Of a stretch of 64,000 bases of DNA, positions 1 through 7,917 are shown piece by piece (the stretch's first letter is position 1; every line of letters starts with the position of its first letter). A program made the translations under genes and the position numbers. The DNA comes from Nannocystis bainbridge (lineage in GTDB: Bacteria > Myxococcota_A > Polyangia > Nannocystales > Nannocystaceae). The stretch lies in NCBI RefSeq assembly GCF_028368995.1, contig NZ_JAQNDL010000005.1, positions 96,001 through 160,000 on the forward strand, given 5' to 3'. Under the pieces are notes generated by a model. The model saw only the letters and a program-made list of their open reading frames with translations. It had not been told where the DNA came from and ran no database searches.

Positions 1-1
1 C

Positions 2-829
2 CTCGCCTACGAGCAGGGCCAGGCGGCCAAGGAGGCCGCCGACGACCCCCGCGCCGCCGACGAGTTCGCCCGCGCCTACCGCCTCACGCCCCCGGGCGAG
101 ACCGGCCCGCGGCTGATGCTCCTGCGCGAGAGCGTCGACGCCCGCCTGCGCGCCCACGAGCGCGGCGCTCCTGCGCCTGAGCAGCTGTGCCCGGCCCGCG
201 CCCTGCTGCGCGAGCACCTCGCCGGCGCCGACCCACTCACCGACGAGCGCTCCCGGCTCGCGCGCGTCGAGCAGGGCCTCGGCGCCGTCGACTGCGACGC
301 CCCCGACCGACCTGTCCCTCAGGACATCCCCACCGATCCTCCGCGGGCCCCCGCCGAGGGCCCGCCCCCGGGCCCCGTATCACCTGCCCCACCGGACAGC
401 TCGTCTCCCGCCGACGCCCCGCCATCGCCTGTCCCCATGGACATGTCCTCGAGGTCACCCGCGTCGACCCGCGGTCGCGGCCTGCGGATCGCCGGCGCGG
501 CCGCGCTCGGCCTCGGCGCGGCCGCGCTCGTGCCGATGAGCGTCGGGATCGCCCTCGCCCGCGACGCCACGCGCGACGGCCGGCACTACTGCTGGGGCAG
601 AGAATTCGCCTGCGACGGCGGCATCGACCCGCAGGTCGATGACATCCTGAAGCGCGGCTACAAGGCCGACACCCTCGTCAAGATCGCCGCCCCCGTCGCC
701 GGCATCGCCCTGCTCACCGGCGCCGTCCTGCTCGGCGTCGGCCTGGCCATGCGCGCGCGGGCCCCCGTCGCCGTCGCCCCGCGCCTCGGCCCCGGGACCC
801 TCGGCCTCGGGCTCCAGGGCCGCTTCTGA
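2..829 (+). CDS. 5'-truncated myxobacterial TPR-like membrane protein (PEGA/TPR-type family usually paired with Ser/Thr kinases)
   Basis: The frame is open from the window edge (LAYEQG...AADEFARAYRL). It has a Pro-rich linker, two hydrophobic segments and a C-terminal GLGLQGRF ending typical of this family. Confidence 0.6.
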   Translation, partial: LAYEQGQAAKEAADDPRAADEFARAYRLTPPGETGPRLMLLRESVDARLRAHERGAPAPEQLCPARALLREHLAGADPLTDERSRLARVEQGLGAVDCDAPDRPVPQDIPTDPPRAPAEGPPPGPVSPAPPDSSSPADAPPSPVPMDMSSRSPASTRGRGLRIAGAAALGLGAAALVPMSVGIALARDATRDGRHYCWGREFACDGGIDPQVDDILKRGYKADTLVKIAAPVAGIALLTGAVLLGVGLAMRARAPVAVAPRLGPGTLGLGLQGRF

Positions 830-876
830 CGGCCTCCGCGGCCGCGCGTGTTAGACTCGCGCCCCGCAGGCGACGC

Positions 877-2484
877 GTGGAGGAGGCAGGCGACAGCACG
901 TTCCCGAACTGGCCCGAGCTGCGGCGCCTCTTCACCTACGACGAGCTCGTCGGCAAGGTGCTCCAGGGCCGCTACGAGGTCGTGCGCCGGCTCGGCGCCG
1001 GCGGCATGGGCGTGGTGTTCCTCGCCCGTCACGTCCACCTCGACAAGCTGTTCGCGCTCAAGATCATCAGCGCCCGCTACCTCGACGAGCCGGAGATCGG
1101 TCGCCGCTTCTTGCTCGAGGCCCAGGCCGCCTCGAAGATCGATCACCCCAACGTGGTCGGCATCACCGACTTCGGCCCGCCCGAGGCCGGCCCGACCTTC
1201 TTCGTCATGGAGTACCTCGAGGGCGAGGACCTCGCGCGCACGCTCGCCCGCGAGGGCCCGCTGGCCTGGCCCCGCGCGCTCCACATCGTCACCCAGATCG
1301 CCCGCGCGCTGGTGGCCGCCCACCAGCGCGGCGTCGTCCACCGCGACATCAAGCCGCAAAATTGCCTCCGCGTCGGCCGCGACGGCGACCCCGACTTCAT
1401 CAAGGTCCTCGACTTCGGCCTCGCCAAGATCCTCTCGGCCACCCACAAGAGCACGTGGACCGTGGGCGGCTCCCCCGGCTACATCGCCCCCGAGATCTAC
1501 CGCGGCGGCCGCACCGATCACCGCGTCGACATCTTCGCCCTCGGCGTCGTCCTCCACACCCTCCTGCTCGGCCGCCTGCCCGCGCAGTCCCCCGGCGACG
1601 TCGAGCTGCCGCCGCACGCCCCCGTCCTCCACACCGCCGACCTGCCGCCGCCGCTGCGCGCCATCATCGACCGCGCCACCGCCGAGGACCCCGAGCGCCG
1701 CTACCCCTCGGCCGACGCCCTGCTGGCCGCACTCACCGAGGCGCGCGCCACCATCTCCAGTCCCTCGGGACATGCTCTTAAAGACATGCCCGAAAGGCCA
1801 CGTCCTGCTCGCCGCCGCGGCTTGCTCCTCGCCGCCTCGCTCGGCGGCGCGCTGGCGGTAGCGATCGCGGTCGCCAGCACCCGCGAGGCCTCCGGAGACG
1901 CGGCCCAGCGCGCGAGCGAGCCCGCGGGCGCACGCATGGACACCAGCGAGGCGCGAGAGGCCCCGGCGGACACCGTCGCGGGCATCCCCGAAGCCCCGGC
2001 CGGCTCAGCGAAGGATCCGGCCGTCGCGTCGAGCAGCGGTGAATCGCCCGCCGCACCTGCAACCTCCGCCCCCCTGGCTGCGGGCCCCTCCGCCGCTACA
2101 CGCCCGCCCGAACCCGCGACCTCCGCCGCGACCCCGGCTGCCCTCGAGGACATGTCCGAAGCGACATTACCCGTCCCACCCGCCTCCGGGACCGACACGC
2201 CCCGCCCCGCGAAGCCGCTCGCGCCGTTCGACCCCGCCGCCGCAAAGGCCCAGCTCGAGCGCCGCGCCGCCGACGTGCGCGCCTGCAAGGCCGACTCGAG
2301 CTTTCGCACCATGACCACGACCGTCCGGCTCGCCGGCACCGTCTCCGTCTCGCCCCGGGGCAAGGCGACCGTGACCCTGCCGCCCGGCTACGACGTGAGC
2401 CCCTGCCTGGCGCGCCTGGTCGCGGGCACCCGCTTCCGCCCCAGCCTCGACGGCGGCGAGTTCGCCTTCACCTTCCTGCTGTGA
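877..2484 (+). CDS. Membrane Ser/Thr protein kinase (Hanks type)
   Basis: Kinase motifs LGAGGMGVV, ALK, HRDIKPQN, DFG, YIAPE and DIFALG are present, followed by a TM segment (LLLAASLGGALAVAIAV) and a Pro/Ala-rich extracytoplasmic tail. Confidence 0.95.
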   Translation: MEEAGDSTFPNWPELRRLFTYDELVGKVLQGRYEVVRRLGAGGMGVVFLARHVHLDKLFALKIISARYLDEPEIGRRFLLEAQAASKIDHPNVVGITDFGPPEAGPTFFVMEYLEGEDLARTLAREGPLAWPRALHIVTQIARALVAAHQRGVVHRDIKPQNCLRVGRDGDPDFIKVLDFGLAKILSATHKSTWTVGGSPGYIAPEIYRGGRTDHRVDIFALGVVLHTLLLGRLPAQSPGDVELPPHAPVLHTADLPPPLRAIIDRATAEDPERRYPSADALLAALTEARATISSPSGHALKDMPERPRPARRRGLLLAASLGGALAVAIAVASTREASGDAAQRASEPAGARMDTSEAREAPADTVAGIPEAPAGSAKDPAVASSSGESPAAPATSAPLAAGPSAATRPPEPATSAATPAALEDMSEATLPVPPASGTDTPRPAKPLAPFDPAAAKAQLERRAADVRACKADSSFRTMTTTVRLAGTVSVSPRGKATVTLPPGYDVSPCLARLVAGTRFRPSLDGGEFAFTFLL

Positions 2485-2487
2485 CGA

Positions 2488-2580
2488 GACCTGTCTTCAA
2501 GAACATGTCTGCGAGGACATGCCCTTTCGGCCATGCCCGCTTCGACATGCCCCGAAGCGCATGCCCTGAAGGACAGCCCG
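2488..2580. repeat. 14-bp-pitch array of the GACATGYC / TGTC-N6-GACA motif (7 units)
   Basis: Cores start at 2490, 2504, 2518, 2532, 2546, 2560 and 2574, between convergent genes. Confidence 0.9.
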
Positions 2581-2584
2581 CCTC

Positions 2585-3238
2585 TCACCCCGGCGCCGGC
2601 CCCAGGCCCATGCGCGCCAGCTGGGCGTCGAGCCGCTCCTTCGCCACCCGCAGCCGGCTCTTGGCCGTGTTCTTCGGGATCTCGAACACCGCCGCGATCT
2701 CGGCGCTCGTCATCTCTTGCGCGTAGCGGAGCTCGAGCAAGATCTGCACGTCGAGCGGCAGCTTGCGCAGCGCCGTCGAGAGGCGCTCCAGCTTCGCGTG
2801 CGCCGACGCCACCCGGCTCGGCGACGGCGACAGGTCCTCGAGCGACGACAGGCTCGGGTCGAACTGGGCCGCGCGGGTCTTCTTGCGGTAGTGCGCGAAC
2901 AGGACGAAGCGCGCCGTCCCGTAGAGATAGGCGCGGAACGTCGCCGCGATCGGCTCGCCGTGGGCCACCACCTCGCCCGGCACGACGAAGCGGTCGCGCG
3001 CGTGCGTCAGCGCCTCCCACGTCTGCTGCGCCAGGTCGTCGACCTCGAAGTCGCGCACCTTGTCGGCGAAGAAGCGGACCACGTGCGGCCCGTAGTGGCG
3101 CACCAGCCCGTCGCCGGCGCGCGCGTCTCCGGCCCGCCAGGCCGTCAACAGCGCCAGGTCCTGGTCGTTGCGGGCCATCGCCGCCGCGCGCGGGCCCCCG
3201 GCCTCGACCTGGTCTTCGGGTCTCGTGGGATCGGGCAT
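2585..3238 (-). CDS. ECF-family RNA polymerase sigma-70 factor
   Basis: Region 2 (DLAQQTW...FRAYLYGTARF) and region 4 HTH (LPLDVQILLELRY...AEIAAVFEIPKNTAKSRLR). An alternative start lies at 3178. Confidence 0.9.
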   Translation of the reverse strand: MPDPTRPEDQVEAGGPRAAAMARNDQDLALLTAWRAGDARAGDGLVRHYGPHVVRFFADKVRDFEVDDLAQQTWEALTHARDRFVVPGEVVAHGEPIAATFRAYLYGTARFVLFAHYRKKTRAAQFDPSLSSLEDLSPSPSRVASAHAKLERLSTALRKLPLDVQILLELRYAQEMTSAEIAAVFEIPKNTAKSRLRVAKERLDAQLARMGLGPAPG

Positions 3239-3293
3239 GCGGAGCGGGTCGCGAGGATCGCACGACCCGCCCCGGCCTCCAAGGGCCTGCCGC

Positions 3294-4571
3294 TCAGCCG
3301 CCGGCCAGCGCCGCGCTGATCTCGCCCACCGCCGACACGCTCCCGCTCAGCGCCCCCGTGCCGCTCTGGAGCAGCGAGCCCAGGCTCTCGAGCTCGGCCA
3401 CGGCGCAGACGATCCCCACGCTGGCCCGCAGGCTGAGGTCGCCGGCGAAGTCCGCCTGCACCGAGGACACCAGCCCCACCGCCGCGTCGCCCAGCCCGGC
3501 GCCCGCCTCGAGCACCAGCTTCGCGCGCGCGCTCGCGGCCAGCAGGCCGGCGTAGCGCACGCGGAAGCCCTCGACCCACGCCTTGAACTGCGCCTGCTCG
3601 AGCTCGTCGTCGAAGCCCGCCTCCCACTGCCACAGGATCTCGAGCGCCGGCGGCGTGCACTGAGCCTGCAGCTTCGCCTCGGCCTCCACGCTCGCCTCGC
3701 ACTCCGCCTTGGCCTTCGGCGGCACCACCTCGCCGTCGCACGAGCCGTCGCAGCTGGCGCTCGCGTCGGCCGCGGCCTGGCAGCGCACCTCGGCGCCCGC
3801 CTCGCACCCGCCGTCCGGCGCCTCGTACTCGCACGAGCCCTGGCACTCGCCGTCGCACGCGGCCCCGGCCTTGAGCTCGCACGAGCCCGTGCACGAGCCC
3901 ACGCACTCGCCCGCGCACTGACCGTCGGCTCCACGCACCGTGCAGTCGCCCTCGCACCCGCCGTTGCACGTGCCGTTGCACTGCAGGTCGCCCTCGAGCT
4001 TGCACGTGCCGCTGCACGTGCCGCTGCACTTCAGCTCCGGCGCCGTGCCCTTGCACATCACCTTGGCCGACGCGTCGCAGCTGGCCGAAGCGCTGGCGTC
4101 GACGGTGCACGTGCCCTTGCACTCGACCGACACCATCCCCGGATCGATCTCCGCGTCACACTTGGCCGACGCGTCGATCGCCACCTTCGCGTCGACGGTG
4201 CAGCGCGGCGGCGCGTACTTCACCTTGAGCCCGCCTTCGGTCGCGGCGTCGAACTTGGCCGCCAGCGCCGCCCGGATGTCCGCCGCGCTCGCGCCTGCGT
4301 CCAGATCGAGCGACACCGCGAGCGACCGCAGCTCGGCGTCGACCCCGGCCTTGACCTCGAGCGCTGCCTTGTCGAACCCGACCACCGCGGCGAAGAACGC
4401 GTCGACGCTGGCGAGGCCCGAGATCGAAGCGTTGCCCTCGGCGAGCCCCTCGACGGGGCAACCGAGGTCGCAGAAGTCGGTCCCTGGGTTTTCCACGCAG
4501 CCGACCGTCACCGCCGCAGTGAGGAAGCCGAGGCCGAGCATGGAACCATGGATCATTCGGAACATGTTCAT
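3294..4571 (-). CDS. Myxobacterial cysteine-rich repeat lipoprotein
   Basis: RBS AGGAG, lipobox-like TVGC, and many CxGxCxGxC repeats. Confidence 0.8.
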   Translation of the reverse strand: MNMFRMIHGSMLGLGFLTAAVTVGCVENPGTDFCDLGCPVEGLAEGNASISGLASVDAFFAAVVGFDKAALEVKAGVDAELRSLAVSLDLDAGASAADIRAALAAKFDAATEGGLKVKYAPPRCTVDAKVAIDASAKCDAEIDPGMVSVECKGTCTVDASASASCDASAKVMCKGTAPELKCSGTCSGTCKLEGDLQCNGTCNGGCEGDCTVRGADGQCAGECVGSCTGSCELKAGAACDGECQGSCEYEAPDGGCEAGAEVRCQAAADASASCDGSCDGEVVPPKAKAECEASVEAEAKLQAQCTPPALEILWQWEAGFDDELEQAQFKAWVEGFRVRYAGLLAASARAKLVLEAGAGLGDAAVGLVSSVQADFAGDLSLRASVGIVCAVAELESLGSLLQSGTGALSGSVSAVGEISAALAGG

Positions 4572-5194
4572 TGTCTCCTGTCGCGAAGTTTTCGTCGTCG
4601 AGGCATGACCGACCTGACCTCGAGGACAGGCGATGGGAGGACGATCGCCCGGCCTGGATCGCAGGCGCCGGTCTTGCGCGTTGGCCCAGAGGTGTCGCTA
4701 CCCGCCCGCGGGGATCGAACTTTTTTCGCGCGCCCGAAAAATCCCCCTGGCGCGGATCTGCACATCCGCCCCAGCGGGCCTCCCGGACCCCTCCCGGTCG
4801 CCATGGCGCATCCGTAGATCGCCGGCGCTCGGCCCGCGTGCCGCTCGCGTCCCTGGCCTGACCTGTCCTCACGACCAGGTGCCCAGCGCCCGCCCCCGCC
4901 GCGAGCATCGAAGTCCGGCTGCGCCCGTCCTCGTTCGCACGAGCAGCCGCGACACGTGGCATTCAGAGCCGCACGAGCCGTGATCACCGCTCTCTGTGAA
5001 CGGTCGTCGCCATCCCTACACACTCACTTCGCTGTCGCACCGAGGTGACTCCCCCTCGCGGAACCCACGATGATTTGTCCTTCAAGACATGTCCGTACGA
5101 ACATGTCCCATCGTCCATCGTGGCCTCGCGGCCCCAGCGGCGCCGCAGCCGCGACAGGTGGCGCTGCACGGCGGGCTCGGCGATACTCCCGGCC

Positions 5195-6325
5195 ATGAAG
5201 GCCACCTTCCGCACCTCCCTCGGGTTCTGCGTCCTCCTGCTCGCCTGCGACTCTGCTGCCGAAGGCGGCGGCAAGGTCGAGGCCAAGGCCGACGCCAAGG
5301 CCGACATCAAGCTCGACACCAAGGCCGTCGCCGATGCGGCCGCCAAGGCGCAGGCCGACGCCGACGCCGACGCCAGGGCGGCCGCCGTCGCCGTCGCGCA
5401 GGTGACCATCCCCACGCTCAAGACCGTCGCCGAAGTCGAGGCCGCGCTCGGCACCAAGATCGTGCTGAAGCCCGCCGACCTCGACCTCAAGGGCGTCGTC
5501 GAGCTGCTCGCGAAGGGCGAGATCAAGACCGCCGCCGAGCTCGAGCTGTTCCTCAACGCCCCCGGCGCCGCCGCCCACCGCGTCGACTTCGACGCTGACG
5601 GCAAGCTCGACTACTTGCAGGTCGTCGAGGTCAGGCTCGGCGGCAACGTCGACTTCGAGCTGCGCGCCGTCCCCTCGAGCAAGCTCGACGCCTCGCTCGC
5701 GGTGCTCGTCGCCACCCTGGCGACCGTGCGCGCCGAGGCCGAGGGCGCGCTCAAGGTCGTCGCCAGCTACTCTGCCGCGGTCGAAGGCGGCGCCGAATTC
5801 AAGCTCGAGCGCGACTTCAAGGCCGACTTCAAGGCCGACGGCGTGGTCCTGGCCGACGCGGGCGCCGGCGCCTTCTTCGGCTGGGCCCTCGACGTCAAGC
5901 GCCCGGCCTACGTCAGCGCCCACGTCTCGCCGCTCGACATCCAGATCGCCGCCGACGGGGCCGCGCAGTTCGCCGGCGACGTCTCGGCCTCGCTGGCCGC
6001 CGCCCACCTCGCGGCCCTGCGCGCCGCGATCAAGGTCGAGGCCCTGGCGCTGGCCGCCGTCGACGTGCCCAAGATCGACATCACCCCGCCGAAGGTCGAC
6101 GTCAAGGGCGTCGCCAAGGCCAAGGCCGGCCTCGACGTCGATCACTCGGCCAAGGCCGAGAGCTCGATCAAGGTCGGCTCGGGCGGCGGCGTCAACGTCG
6201 GCAGCGGCGGGATCAAGGTCGGCGGCAGCGCCGGCATCTCCGTGGGCGGCGGCGGCGGCGTCTCGGTCGGCGGCGGCGGCAGCGGCAAGGGCAAGGCCGG
6301 CGCCGGCATCAAGATCGGCAAGTGA
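5195..6325 (+). CDS. Hypothetical lipoprotein with a Ca-binding-like DFDADGKLD loop and a Gly-rich C-terminal tail
   Basis: Lipobox LLAC, GC3-rich codons and a GGIKVGG-type tail. Confidence 0.75.
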   Translation: MKATFRTSLGFCVLLLACDSAAEGGGKVEAKADAKADIKLDTKAVADAAAKAQADADADARAAAVAVAQVTIPTLKTVAEVEAALGTKIVLKPADLDLKGVVELLAKGEIKTAAELELFLNAPGAAAHRVDFDADGKLDYLQVVEVRLGGNVDFELRAVPSSKLDASLAVLVATLATVRAEAEGALKVVASYSAAVEGGAEFKLERDFKADFKADGVVLADAGAGAFFGWALDVKRPAYVSAHVSPLDIQIAADGAAQFAGDVSASLAAAHLAALRAAIKVEALALAAVDVPKIDITPPKVDVKGVAKAKAGLDVDHSAKAESSIKVGSGGGVNVGSGGIKVGGSAGISVGGGGGVSVGGGGSGKGKAGAGIKIGK

Positions 6326-6442
6326 AGCGCCGCGAGAGCGCTGGCCCTCGCCCCGGGCGATGCCGGCGCTCTCGCCATGCTCGAGCGCGGCGTGCGACTG
6401 GACGCGCACCGGCGAGCGCCTGCATCCCGCGCTCCACACCAG

Positions 6443-6538
6443 CGCCATGCCCGATGGGGCATGTCCGTCCAGACATGCCCCCTCCGACATGTCCTTCAGC
6501 ACCTTCTCTTTCGGACATGCCTTTTTAAGCCATGTCCG
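6443..6538. repeat. 14-bp-pitch CATG motif array
   Basis: Cores at 6446, 6460, 6474, 6488, (6502 degenerate), 6516 and 6531, between convergent genes. Confidence 0.85.
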
Positions 6539-6542
6539 GAGG

Positions 6543-7232
6543 CTACCCCATGATCCGGCGGACCAGCAGGTCGGACAGGATGCTGAGCGCGTCCAGCGTC
6601 GACTGGCCCTTGCGGCGCGACCATTCCGTGTAGCGGATCGTCACCGGCACCTCGACGAAGCGCAGGCGCAGGCGGCGGATCTCGTGCAGGATCTCCGACG
6701 CGTGGGCCATCCGGTTCTGCGTGATCCGCAGCGCCCGCGCGGCCGGGGCCGTGAACGCCCGCAGCCCGTTGTGCGTATCGGTGAGGTCGAGCCCCGCCGC
6801 CGCCCGGGTGAACGCCGTCGCCAGGCGCAGCAACATGCGCCGGCCCTGCGGCATGTCGATCGTCCCGCCGAGGAAGCGCGAGCCGAGGGCCACGTCGGCG
6901 CGGCCCTCCGCCAGCGGCGCCACCAGGGCCGCGACGTCCTCCGCGCGGTGCTGGCCGTCGCCGTCGAACGTCACCACGTAGCGGGCCCCACGGGCCAGCG
7001 CCAGCTCGATGCCGGTCTGCAGGGCCGCGCCCTGGCCGAGGTTGACCGCGTGCCGCACCACCGTCGCCCCGGTGACCTCGAGGCGCGCCGCGGTGTCGTC
7101 GCTCGAGCCGTCGTCGACCGCGATCACGTGCGGCCAGGCTCGCCGCAGCTCGGCCAGCACCTCGCCGATCACCGGCCCCTCGTTGAAACAGGGCACCACG
7201 ATCGTCACGTCCGCGGGCGAGGCCGGCGCCAT
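6543..7232 (-). CDS. Glycosyltransferase family 2 (DPM1/polyprenol-phosphate glycosyltransferase-like)
   Basis: Motifs VVPCFNE, VDDGSSD, NLGQGAAL, TFDGDGQH, GSRF and DTHNGLRA. Confidence 0.9.
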   Translation of the reverse strand: MAPASPADVTIVVPCFNEGPVIGEVLAELRRAWPHVIAVDDGSSDDTAARLEVTGATVVRHAVNLGQGAALQTGIELALARGARYVVTFDGDGQHRAEDVAALVAPLAEGRADVALGSRFLGGTIDMPQGRRMLLRLATAFTRAAAGLDLTDTHNGLRAFTAPAARALRITQNRMAHASEILHEIRRLRLRFVEVPVTIRYTEWSRRKGQSTLDALSILSDLLVRRIMG

Positions 7233-7563
7233 CGCGGCGCATTGTCGGGCCAGCGCGACCGCGAAGCAATCACGGCCGTCCACCGCTGCGCAGCGGCGAC
7301 CGCAGCCGAGCCCGTTCGCCCTCCGCTGCGCGGACCGGCGCGGCCGCGAGGCCATCGCGGCCGACCCGGTTGGTTCGTCGCCACCCGACCGACGTGAACG
7401 CGAGGACATCGCGGCCGAACCGCGACCCGGTCCGCCGCGTCGGCCGGCGCGACCGCGAGGACGACCGACCTCGCATCGACGATCGCGGCGAGCACCCGCC
7501 GGCTGCGCCGAGAATTGACTTCCGCGGCGACGCGGCCGATGCTCCGCCGGCCTCCGGGCGCTC

Positions 7564-7917
7564 ATGGCGATCCAGTTCGTGCTCATCGGCGGCAGCCTCG
7601 CCCTGCTGTTTCATTTCTTCGTGCGGGCGCGGCGGCGACCGGCGCAGAAGCTGGCGATGACCGTGGTGTTCGCCGGCATCATCTTCCTGGTGATCTTCCC
7701 CGACGTCTCGACCTGGTGCGCTCACCGGGTCGGTGTCGGTCGCGGCGTCGACCTCGTCTTCTATCTCAGCTCGCTCGTCTTGCTGTTCCTGTGCTTCAAC
7801 CTTTACCTCGGGCAAAAGGCGCTCGAGGATCGGCTGACGCTGGTCGTCCGCGAGCTCGCGCTGCAGCCCCATCGCGCCCGTTCGGACGCCGCGCCTGGCG
7901 ATCGCGCGGAGCCGTGA
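7564..7917 (+). CDS. DUF2304-family small membrane protein
   Basis: Three TM segments and a GVGRGVDLVFY motif; lies next to a GT2 gene, as is typical. Confidence 0.75.
   Translation: MAIQFVLIGGSLALLFHFFVRARRRPAQKLAMTVVFAGIIFLVIFPDVSTWCAHRVGVGRGVDLVFYLSSLVLLFLCFNLYLGQKALEDRLTLVVRELALQPHRARSDAAPGDRAEP

Noticed and set aside
439-448. GGACATGTCC matches the p53 half-site RRRCWWGYYY
   Set aside because: This is a bacterial genome, so the match is treated as coincidence.
2488-2580. Phased arrays as CRISPR arrays or intrinsic terminators
   Set aside because: The 14-bp period is far too short for repeat-spacer units, and there is no consistent stem plus U-tract.
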